Positions 1-7,281 of a stretch of DNA of 64,000 bases are shown in pieces. Where the stretch lies: positions 9,899 to 73,898 of the IMG/VR virus record IMGVR_UViG_2974723488_000001; one strand, given 5' to 3'. The position numbers and the translations under genes were made by a program. The DNA is from a virus (lineage: Duplodnaviria; Caudoviricetes). The stretch's first letter is position 1; each line of letters opens with the position of its first letter. The notes under the pieces are model-generated. The model was given only the letters and a program-made list of their open reading frames with translations, had not been told where the DNA came from and searched no databases.

Positions 1-261
1 GTGATCGACGACATGCACGAAAAGGCTCTGGCCTGGAACAAGAAGGTCGATGACGCCACCCGGCTGGCCTTCGATCATTTCTATGTCATGCGCAAGGGCG
101 ACGTGACCCTGTGGGAAGCATGGCGCTTCCTGGAAAAGAATGAAGGCCGTGTCATGTGGCCGGAATTCGTCCCGCATGTCATCTACAAGGACATGCCTCT
201 CCGCAATGTGTGGGCCATGGCCCAACGCATGCGTAACCTCCTGCTGGAGAACATGCAGTAA
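1..261 (+). CDS. hypothetical phage protein (possibly 5'-truncated by the window edge)
   Basis: Open frame from position 1; stop overlaps the next start (TAATG). Confidence 0.6.
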   Translation: MIDDMHEKALAWNKKVDDATRLAFDHFYVMRKGDVTLWEAWRFLEKNEGRVMWPEFVPHVIYKDMPLRNVWAMAQRMRNLLLENMQ

Positions 262-605
262 TGAAGAAAGACCGCCGATCCGCCATCATCGACAAGATCG
301 AAGCCCGTTGTGACATCGTAGATACGGGCTTCAAGATTGGGATGAAAGCGAGTCCATGCCATCTGTGGAATGGACCCACCTCGGGTAACGGCCGGGGTGG
401 TGGATACGGCAGGATGAGTTTGGATGGCCACACTGTGGCTGTCCATCTCGTCGCCTTTACCCATTACTTCGGCTACATCCCCGGCAATAAACAAGTCGAT
501 CACCTGTGCAACCAGAGACTCTGCTGCAACCCGCAGCATCTGGAGTTGGTGACTCATCTCAAGAACCAGAGGCGGCGTGCCGCCAGAGCCAAGGAGAAGG
601 CATGA
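261..605 (+). CDS. HNH endonuclease-family protein (N4 gp22-like)
   Basis: CHLWNG...GYG...VHLVAF...VDHLCNQRLCCNPQHLE is a typical HNH_3 motif. Confidence 0.85.
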   Translation: MKKDRRSAIIDKIEARCDIVDTGFKIGMKASPCHLWNGPTSGNGRGGGYGRMSLDGHTVAVHLVAFTHYFGYIPGNKQVDHLCNQRLCCNPQHLELVTHLKNQRRRAARAKEKA

Positions 606-1054
606 AAAAGTGGCGAGTATTTCCCCTCCGCATCGGTGGCAAGTGGGCCATCTGCACGGACAACGGTGAGGGCTACATCTTTCTGAAGGATGGCGACAAG
701 TACGTTCGTTTCGTGTCCAAGTCTGCTGCTCAGGCTCGTGTGGACGAAGAGAATTCGTACATGGCCCTGGAACAGAAACACCTGGGTGATGCTGACAAGA
801 AGACGGGCATCTACAGTCCCGTTGCCAGCAAGGACCAAATTCTGGAATTCCTCCAGAACGCATGTCGTGCCTATGGTGCATACGAAGTGACCAAGATGCT
901 CTGTGAAGTAACCAAGGCTTCTTCTGAAGAGTTCCTGGCTCATGGCAACACCGGTGCCATCATCCATGCTGATGCGAAGATCTTGCACACTGCCGTGCTG
1001 CACATGGCTATCTCGCATCCCTTGCGGGCAATGGATCTCAAGGGGTTGACGTGA
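602..1054 (+). CDS. hypothetical protein
   Basis: AGGAG upstream; ATGA overlap with the HNH stop; begins MKKWRVFPL. Confidence 0.7.
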   Translation: MKKWRVFPLRIGGKWAICTDNGEGYIFLKDGDKYVRFVSKSAAQARVDEENSYMALEQKHLGDADKKTGIYSPVASKDQILEFLQNACRAYGAYEVTKMLCEVTKASSEEFLAHGNTGAIIHADAKILHTAVLHMAISHPLRAMDLKGLT

Positions 1055-1410
1055 ACAACAACATCATCCCTCGTGAGCAACACCCTTGGCGCGATGACAC
1101 GGCCTATGCCAGAACTCCCCATGAGGAAGCTCTCTGGCAACGGGCTACTGAAAAGGGGCAGAACTTTCGCACCATCGATTGGGTCATCTCTGACACGCAT
1201 TGCATGCTGCCCAAGGAAGATTTCGACCGCCTTTCCGAATACAGCGCCACCATGCCTACGGGTGTGTGGCCTGGAAAAGTGTGGAAGGCCGAGGTTGGTG
1301 GTGTCTGGTACATCCGTTGGTACGGGATTGTTCCGGGGGATGATCGTGTCTGTTCCAACAACCAACGAATCGCTGTTGTCAGCGATGCACTGGAGATCAT
1401 CGGTATATGA
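1051..1410 (+). CDS. hypothetical protein
   Basis: GTGA coupling to the upstream gene; 119 aa, Trp-rich. Confidence 0.7.
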   Translation: MNNNIIPREQHPWRDDTAYARTPHEEALWQRATEKGQNFRTIDWVISDTHCMLPKEDFDRLSEYSATMPTGVWPGKVWKAEVGGVWYIRWYGIVPGDDRVCSNNQRIAVVSDALEIIGI

Positions 1411-1682
1411 AAGCTCTCGGACCTCGTTCTGAGATGAAGATGGTCAAGAATGCTTGGGGGAACCAAGCAGGCCAATGTCAGCAGCTTTTCCAAGTAGAGG
1501 CCGCTGATGTGGGAAAAGTCAAACCCCACTATCTCGGATTCAACCACCGTTCCTACATGTTCAAGAAGGAAGACATCGGTACGACGATAGTCGTCTACAC
1601 CGATGGAACCCAATGGACTTGCTGGGTCTTTTCACTCAACTGGGATAACGAAGATGTCCAGAACCATGCTGGCACACAGTAA
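1407..1682 (+). CDS. hypothetical protein
   Basis: ATGA coupling; 91 aa. Confidence 0.65.
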   Translation: MKALGPRSEMKMVKNAWGNQAGQCQQLFQVEAADVGKVKPHYLGFNHRSYMFKKEDIGTTIVVYTDGTQWTCWVFSLNWDNEDVQNHAGTQ

Positions 1683-1887
1683 TGGTGTTTTGGAGGTTGT
1701 CGAGCTTTTGAGCCGACACTCCGATCACATCAAAGTGCAGACCCTGCACACCAAGAAGGGAACCAAGGCACGCAAGATCTTCTTCAGCAATGAGAAGGTT
1801 CGTGAGGTCAAAGACACGAACGAAGGCGAAGCCTGGATCATCGAACAACGCCGTAAACAAGGGCTTCCCTGCCCCGGAGATGACTAA
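1654..1887 (+). CDS. hypothetical protein
   Basis: Fills the gap in the operon; start taken at ATG 1654 (MSRTMLAH). Confidence 0.6.
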   Translation: MSRTMLAHSNGVLEVVELLSRHSDHIKVQTLHTKKGTKARKIFFSNEKVREVKDTNEGEAWIIEQRRKQGLPCPGDD

Positions 1888-2067
1888 ATGAATTCCGCCG
1901 CTTTGCAGATTGAACTGCAACAAGAAATCAACAAGCTTGGTAAGCTGACCCGTTCCGGTGCCAAATCGGAAGAGGCTGTGCGCCAAGCCCAGAAGGTGAA
2001 GGAAGTAGCCACGTATCTGGCCAACGCCATCGCTGCTGAAGTCGTCCAGTACAACCAGGGACGGTAA
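1888..2067 (+). CDS. small helical hypothetical protein (59 aa, absent from the ORF track)
   Basis: GGAGA upstream; ATG follows the previous TAA directly; MNSAALQIELQQEINKLGKLTRSGAKSEEAVRQAQKVKEVATYLANAIAAEVVQYNQGR*. Confidence 0.7.
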   Translation: MNSAALQIELQQEINKLGKLTRSGAKSEEAVRQAQKVKEVATYLANAIAAEVVQYNQGR

Positions 2068-2070
2068 GCC

Positions 2071-2289
2071 ATGTCTCGCACCTTTGAGAGCAATGACGCT
2101 CAACGGCTGTATCGTCAGATGCGAGAGAAGCTCAACTCCGATGATGCGATCAAGACTGTCGTGCTCATCACTGGCGAGCAACCCATCCCACCCAACAAGA
2201 CCAACTCGATGTATTTCCTGGGAGGCTATCCTCCCGGAGATACGAAGCACGGTCTTCCCTATTACCACGGCCCCAAGCGCCGCTTCTAA
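2071..2289 (+). CDS. hypothetical protein
   Basis: 72 aa, tightly packed in the operon. Confidence 0.65.
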   Translation: MSRTFESNDAQRLYRQMREKLNSDDAIKTVVLITGEQPIPPNKTNSMYFLGGYPPGDTKHGLPYYHGPKRRF

Positions 2290-2301
2290 GAGAGTCCCCT
2301 C

Positions 2302-3342
2302 ATGTCGGATATTTCCTCCTTCACCGCCGCCAACCAGCGTCAAACGAAGAAGTTTGTCGAGCGTGCCATGGCTGCTGGCCGTGTTCCCTTCATCACCGCC
2401 TGCCCCGGCGTCGGCAAGTCTGCCATCATCCACAACATCGCCCGTGAGCGTGGCCTGAAGATGATCGACCATCGTCTGTCCACCTCGGCTCCGGAAGACC
2501 TCAACGGCCTGCCCCGTTTCACGGACAAGGGCGCTGAATTCGTTCCCTTCGCTGATCTGTTCCCGCTGGAAGGGGACGCCATTCCTCAGGGCTACAACGG
2601 CTGGCTGCTGTTCCTGGATGAGCTGCCTTCGGCTCCTCGTTCGGTGCAAGCTGCGGCCTACAAGCTGATCCTGGATCGCATGGTCGGCCAGAAGCGCCTG
2701 CATGAAATGGTCTTCGTCGTCGCTGCGGGCAACCGCAAGCAGGACAAGGCCATCGTGAACGACATCGGCACTGCCATGCAATCCCGGCTCATCCACATCG
2801 AGATGGATGCCGACTTCAAGTGCTGGCAGGAAGATGTGGCCATCCCCCAGCAGTTCGATCCCCGTGTCGTCGCCTACCTGTCGATGAACCCCAGCAAGCT
2901 GATCGACTTCGATCCCGATCATCAGGATCGCACCTTCTGCTGCCCCCGTACCTGGGAATTCGTCTCCGATCTGATCAAGGGCCGTCCGCTGGACAGCGAC
3001 GACGCCATCCTGCTGGCAGGCGCCATCACCTCCGGCGAAGCCATCAGCTTCGTGCAGTTCTGCCACGTCTACGACTCGCTGCCCAACATGCAATCGTTGA
3101 TCGACGATCCCGAGAATGCCATCATTCCTCGTGATCCGGCATCGCTCTGGGCCACGACCATGGCCTGCGTCGAGCACACCACGGTCGAGAACTTCGGTGA
3201 TTTCATGAAGTACATGAATCGCCTGGATCTGGTTCAGCGTGTGCTGTACTTCCGTGCCACCTATGCCAAGCTGGGCGCTCCGCTCCGCAGCAGCCGTGGT
3301 TTCACCGAGGCCGCTATCGAACTGGGCCGCTACATCAGCTAA
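2302..3342 (+). CDS. MoxR-like AAA+ ATPase (N4 gp24-like)
   Basis: Walker A PGVGKS, Walker B LLFLDE, AAGNR sensor, SRL arginine finger, CPRTW. Confidence 0.9.
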   Translation: MSDISSFTAANQRQTKKFVERAMAAGRVPFITACPGVGKSAIIHNIARERGLKMIDHRLSTSAPEDLNGLPRFTDKGAEFVPFADLFPLEGDAIPQGYNGWLLFLDELPSAPRSVQAAAYKLILDRMVGQKRLHEMVFVVAAGNRKQDKAIVNDIGTAMQSRLIHIEMDADFKCWQEDVAIPQQFDPRVVAYLSMNPSKLIDFDPDHQDRTFCCPRTWEFVSDLIKGRPLDSDDAILLAGAITSGEAISFVQFCHVYDSLPNMQSLIDDPENAIIPRDPASLWATTMACVEHTTVENFGDFMKYMNRLDLVQRVLYFRATYAKLGAPLRSSRGFTEAAIELGRYIS

Positions 3343-3355
3343 TCAAGGAACAGCG

Positions 3356-3529
3356 ATGGAAGAACCGGTAAACAAGCGCCGCCCTGGTGCTGTGAAGTGG
3401 ATGGCGGTCTATCTGGATCGCCATGCCATCGTCTGGGCAGTCTCCGAGGGTGAAGCCCTCCAGAAAGCCCACGAGCACTTCAAGCCCAAGAAAGCCAACA
3501 AGGGACTTGTCCACGTCAGCATGATCTGA
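3356..3529 (+). CDS. hypothetical protein
   Basis: AAGGA upstream of ATG 3356; 57 aa. Confidence 0.6.
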   Translation: MEEPVNKRRPGAVKWMAVYLDRHAIVWAVSEGEALQKAHEHFKPKKANKGLVHVSMI

Positions 3530-3543
3530 ACCAAGGGGGAACC

Positions 3544-3930
3544 ATGGAAGTCTGGTATCGCTATGAACAAGTTCTCCAATCCGGAGGACATTACGATCTG
3601 GACGGTGAATTCATTCCTGGTGTTCCCCGAGTGGGCTTAAACCTGATTGAGTACACCGTCATCAAGTACACCCCGAAAGGGGTGTGGCTGAACGTCCTGG
3701 GGCGGAAGCGCTTCGTGCTTCATCAAGGACGTAAGAAGTTCGCTCATGCGGATAAGAAAGATGCTGTCGAGAGCTTTGTTGCTCGCAAAGACAAGCAGAT
3801 CCGCATCCTCAAATCCCAGCAGAACAATGCCATTACCGCAAGGAACATGGCAATTGAAATGCTGGCCCAAATCGAAGAAGGAAAAGAACCATGTCCTCCA
3901 CGCTACCGGATGGCATCCAAAGGGATCTAG
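3544..3930 (+). CDS. hypothetical protein
   Basis: AAGGGGG SD; 128 aa. Confidence 0.7.
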   Translation: MEVWYRYEQVLQSGGHYDLDGEFIPGVPRVGLNLIEYTVIKYTPKGVWLNVLGRKRFVLHQGRKKFAHADKKDAVESFVARKDKQIRILKSQQNNAITARNMAIEMLAQIEEGKEPCPPRYRMASKGI

Positions 3931-5051
3931 ACAAGGCCAAGATCCGTGCTTTCCGTGGAAAGACTGCGGCTTTCTTGGCTCCCATCATGAGCATGATGCG
4001 CTTCGAGTGGGACGAGAAAGCAGGCACGGCTTCGGTCAACGGAGTTTCCATGAAGTGGAACCCTATCTGGTTCATGGCTCTGTCGCCCGCCACTCGTGAA
4101 ACCGTGCTCATGCACGAACTCTGGCACGTCGCTCGCATGCACATGCTGCGACTCGGCAACCGTGATCCGCTCTGGTGGAACTACGCTTGCGACATCTGGA
4201 TCAACAACATGCTGGAAAAGGAAGGGTATTCCTTCCAGGGTGTTGAAAACTGCTGGAAGAATCAGCAGTACGCCCATAACACGGAAGAAGAAATCTATGA
4301 TGCCATTTACCAGCCCAGCAATCCCCCTCCGACTACCGGAGCATTCGGGGATGAAGGTGGTGATGGCGACATGGACTCCGAATCCAATGATGGAACCAGC
4401 GAAGGCCAAAATCAGGCTGCGAAGAATGACGTGCTCAATGCCGTCGTTCGTGCCATGCACCAAGCCAAGATGTCCGGCCAACCTGGAGCCATGCCGGGGG
4501 ATCAAGAACATCTGATCACCCAGTTCCTCAAGCCCGTGGTTCCGTGGAAGCAGTTGCTCCGCAAGTTCTTCACGGACATGCAGGATGACGACTACTCCTG
4601 GCGTCGTCCCAACCGTCGTCACAGCGATATCTATCTGCCCTGCCGTGTGCAGGATGATGGACGCCTGAAGCATCTGGCGTATTACCTGGACGTGTCCGGG
4701 TCCATCTCTCAGCATGACGTGTTGCGCTTCAATTCCGAAGTAAAGCACGTCTGGGATGAGTTCAGACCGGAGAAGATGTCGCTGATCCAGTTCGACACTC
4801 GCATCGCCCACGAGACTTCCATCAAGGAAGGACAGGAATTCAACGAAGTGAAAGTGTATGGTGGTGGTGGAACCTGCTTGGTTCCTGTTCGTGAGCACAT
4901 CATCGAACACAAGCCCACCGCAGCCATCATCTTCACTGACTTGCATGTCCGTCCGATGCAGAAGCTGCCCTTCAACATTCCGGTCATCTGGGTTGTCATC
5001 AATAACCCGCATGCTGAAGTTCCCTTCGGCAAGGTGATCGACATCAAGTGA
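3891..5051 (+). CDS. HExxH metallopeptidase-like plus vWA domain protein (N4 gp25-like)
   Basis: HELWH motif, WNYACD, acidic linker, MIDAS DVSGS, GGGGT, IFTD. Confidence 0.88.
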   Translation: MSSTLPDGIQRDLDKAKIRAFRGKTAAFLAPIMSMMRFEWDEKAGTASVNGVSMKWNPIWFMALSPATRETVLMHELWHVARMHMLRLGNRDPLWWNYACDIWINNMLEKEGYSFQGVENCWKNQQYAHNTEEEIYDAIYQPSNPPPTTGAFGDEGGDGDMDSESNDGTSEGQNQAAKNDVLNAVVRAMHQAKMSGQPGAMPGDQEHLITQFLKPVVPWKQLLRKFFTDMQDDDYSWRRPNRRHSDIYLPCRVQDDGRLKHLAYYLDVSGSISQHDVLRFNSEVKHVWDEFRPEKMSLIQFDTRIAHETSIKEGQEFNEVKVYGGGGTCLVPVREHIIEHKPTAAIIFTDLHVRPMQKLPFNIPVIWVVINNPHAEVPFGKVIDIK

Positions 5052-5058
5052 GGTGCTC

Positions 5059-5577
5059 ATGATTGTTAATCGTGAAGCTCTGCTGTACGACCGTCCTCCC
5101 ATCAAGGGCATGCGGGCAACGAAGAACGTTGCTCATGGAACCAGTTATGGCTTGACCGAAGCTGGTTACGACCTGCGCATTCAGCAGGACGTGCTGTTCA
5201 CCAAGAACGGTTTCCGTGAGCGCATCGTCTACGTGTCCGAACCCGGTACGGCTACTCTGGACCGTATTGGCAAGCTGGGGCGTTTCGCCTTGGCATCTGC
5301 CATGGAAGAATTCGACATGCCCAGCCATTTGGTTGGCGTGGTTCACGACAAGTCCACTTGGGCACGTCGTGGCCTGTCGGTATTCAACACGGTCATTGAG
5401 CCAGGATGGAAAGGCTTCCTCACCTTGGAGCTTGTCTACCATGGAGAGGAAGACCTCATCATCCCGGCTGGTTCTGGTATTGCCCAGGTTCTGTTTCATC
5501 AACTGAAGCAGGAGGCTTCCTACAATGGCAAGTACCAGAATCAAGAAGCTGCGCCGGTTCCTTCCAAGGAAAGCTGA
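5059..5577 (+). CDS. dcd: dCTP deaminase
   Basis: GYDLRI, DKSTWARRG, IEPGWKGFLTLEL, GIAQVLF, YNGKYQNQ. Confidence 0.92.
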   Translation: MIVNREALLYDRPPIKGMRATKNVAHGTSYGLTEAGYDLRIQQDVLFTKNGFRERIVYVSEPGTATLDRIGKLGRFALASAMEEFDMPSHLVGVVHDKSTWARRGLSVFNTVIEPGWKGFLTLELVYHGEEDLIIPAGSGIAQVLFHQLKQEASYNGKYQNQEAAPVPSKES

Positions 5578-5578
5578 C

Positions 5579-5821
5579 ATGGATACCCACTACTGCGAAG
5601 TCTGCGGTGAGGTCAATTTCTGGCCTCTCGTTAGCCACGAGCACAGCTACGTCTGTAAAGCTTGCGTGGAAGTGGGCGACGATGTTGGTTTCGACGAAGA
5701 AGCCGAAGTTTGGCGGAAAGTCGATCGTTGTCCTGGATGTGGGAGGACTGGTATGGTGAACTACGGAGATGGATACCGTTTGGTGTTCTACTGCGGAGGC
5801 TCACCCTACTGTTGCCCATAA
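5579..5821 (+). CDS. small Cys-rich (zinc-finger-like) protein
   Basis: CEVC, CKAC and CPGC pairs plus C-terminal Cys residues; AAGGA SD. Confidence 0.65.
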   Translation: MDTHYCEVCGEVNFWPLVSHEHSYVCKACVEVGDDVGFDEEAEVWRKVDRCPGCGRTGMVNYGDGYRLVFYCGGSPYCCP

Positions 5822-5840
5822 AGGAAAGTTAGGCTATCGT
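5812..5840 (+). promoter_or_regulatory. candidate sigma70-like promoter
   Basis: TTGCCC (5812-5817), 17-nt spacer, TATCGT (5835-5840); lies upstream of the small ORF and the structured RNA region. Confidence 0.4.
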
Positions 5841-5882
5841 GAAGTCTTTCTTGGGGTGAGAAACCCCTGAAGGAGAAAAGGC

Positions 5883-6041
5883 ATGCTGTTCGGTTTTCTG
5901 AAGCTGTTCAAGCCGATCATCAGTTCGTTGGTTCCCATCGATCAGATGGTTGTGCGTACCGAAATGCGTCAAGAGGTGCATGCCGCCCTGCCGAAATCCT
6001 CCAACCGGGTGAGACGACCCGAACAGGATGATTACGGTTAG
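5883..6041 (+). CDS. small hypothetical protein (52 aa, absent from the ORF track)
   Basis: AGGAG at 5871; MLFGFLKLFKPIISSLVPIDQMVVRTEMRQEVHAALPKSSNRVRRPEQDDYG*. Confidence 0.6.
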   Translation: MLFGFLKLFKPIISSLVPIDQMVVRTEMRQEVHAALPKSSNRVRRPEQDDYG

Positions 6042-6076
6042 GGACTACCAAACGTAGACCTCATACATAGACGCCG

Positions 6077-6110
6077 GAAGCCCAGAGTCGATCTCTGGGC
6101 TTCGCACTTT
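6077..6110 (+). terminator. strong hairpin: weak terminator or processing stem
   Basis: GAAGCCCAGAG-TCGAT-CTCTGGGCTTC (11 bp), followed by a poor U-tract (GCACTTT). Confidence 0.5.
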
Positions 6111-6874
6111 CAGGCATCTTGAATCTGTGTCCTTATCCAGCACTGCATATGGCGTTCACAACCCCCTGCTTAGTCAGGCTAGGTGTGTGGAATCGTGTAA
6201 GAGGGTATTCAAGGTCACAGATCAAAGGTGATCCAGGTTTGGTACGCCTGGCAATAGTCCTGGATTCCGTTCGATTCGGAGAGCGGCCGATGGTTCGGCA
6301 AAACAAGCAAGCTACTGGGGTGTTCCACTCCGCATATCGCCAGTCTCATAAACGGACGTGCAATGGTTCGGTACCCGATATGGTTCATTCATCAAATCAG
6401 GAATTTATTCCTGTCGCTGGTTTGAATCCAGCCACCGAAAGGTGTAGGCAAGCGAAAAAGCCGATGATGTCCAGTGTAGGGAGCAGGGCTTTTAAGGCCG
6501 GGGGTTTTGCAGCAAAACTCCGGCAACCTATTCAAGAATTCGCAGGCGTGGGTCGTTCCCTAAAGCCTGCGTTTCAGAGTTACGAATCTCTGTTGAAAAT
6601 CGTAGAGGGGCGCTTGGTCTTCAACCTTGCCCTCTCGTCTACAGACCCCCCAGAAACCTCAGTCATGTCAACCACAGCAAGCTGATGAGCCAGTGAGCCG
6701 AGAGTTGGTGGCTGAGGTGTATGGGAACAGCAGAGAAGTCCGATAGTTCTTGGTTTCAAACCCTGCTGGGACTTAGATCCAAACAAAGAAGTCGAAACCA
6801 TGTGAAAGCTCAGTCGAGAGACTGGTGAGACATAATGCCTGTCTCCGCACTCTATTTCGATAGAGTGCGTCATC

Positions 6875-6956
6875 CCCAAGGTAGCTCAGTTGGTAGAGCA
6901 GCATGCCCTGAAATAGTGGGTAGCGGTCGATGGTTCGAGTCCATCCCGAGGGGCCA
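6875..6956 (+). tRNA. atypical tRNA-like element (class I shape, 24-nt anticodon arm containing CTGAAA, encoded CCA)
   Basis: TA-GCTC-AGTTGGTA-GAGC D arm; GGTC variable loop; GATGG-TTCGAGT-CCATC T arm; acceptor CCCAAGG/CCGAGGG with two mismatches; G-CCA end. Confidence 0.75.
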
Positions 6957-7162
6957 AGACTTTATATGAAAGGCTGTGGGTGTTGTACCCTCATGGTGTA
7001 GTGGTAAAGGTGTCCTGAGAAATACCAGGTAAACCCACTCATCATAGCGTCTGGGCTTGCAAGCTGACGCAGCACTCTCCTAGGTATGAGTGCCCTTTTA
7101 TATGAAGTTTTGAACCAAGAGAGGCATCTCTTGGAACATCAGGTGAGTTCATGGCTCATCTG

Positions 7163-7281
7163 GGGCGTAGTGATGGAATGGCTAGACATAAAGTCCAACG
7201 ATAGGCTGCGAAGCTGACAATAGGACTTGGGCGTCAACCGCGAGGTCGCCGTGCAGGTTCGAGTCCTGCCTACAATGCCCA
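7163..7281 (+). tRNA. atypical class II (Leu-like) tRNA-like element with a 26-nt structured anticodon insert
   Basis: TG-ATG-GAATGGCTAGA-CAT D arm; AAGTCC/GGACTT stem; long variable arm; GCAGG-TTCGAGT-CCTGC T arm; bulged acceptor GGGCGTAG/CTAC-AAT-GCCC. Confidence 0.72.

Noticed and set aside
6119-6685. 188-aa + strand ORF (and the 6580-6879 minus ORF) across the RNA island
   Set aside because: TTG start without SD, no recognisable motif, and the sequence is better explained by dense RNA helices. Ribo-seq would settle it.
6653-6800. Canonical hammerhead ribozyme using CTGATGA (6682) with GAAAC (6653 or 6794)
   Set aside because: Stem II and stem I cannot be formed properly in either permutation. 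Kept only as a degenerate possibility.
6994-7045. Third tRNA starting at TGGTGTAGTGGTAA
   Set aside because: The sequence is D-loop-like, but no T arm or acceptor follows; it pairs within the 6955-7112 domain instead.
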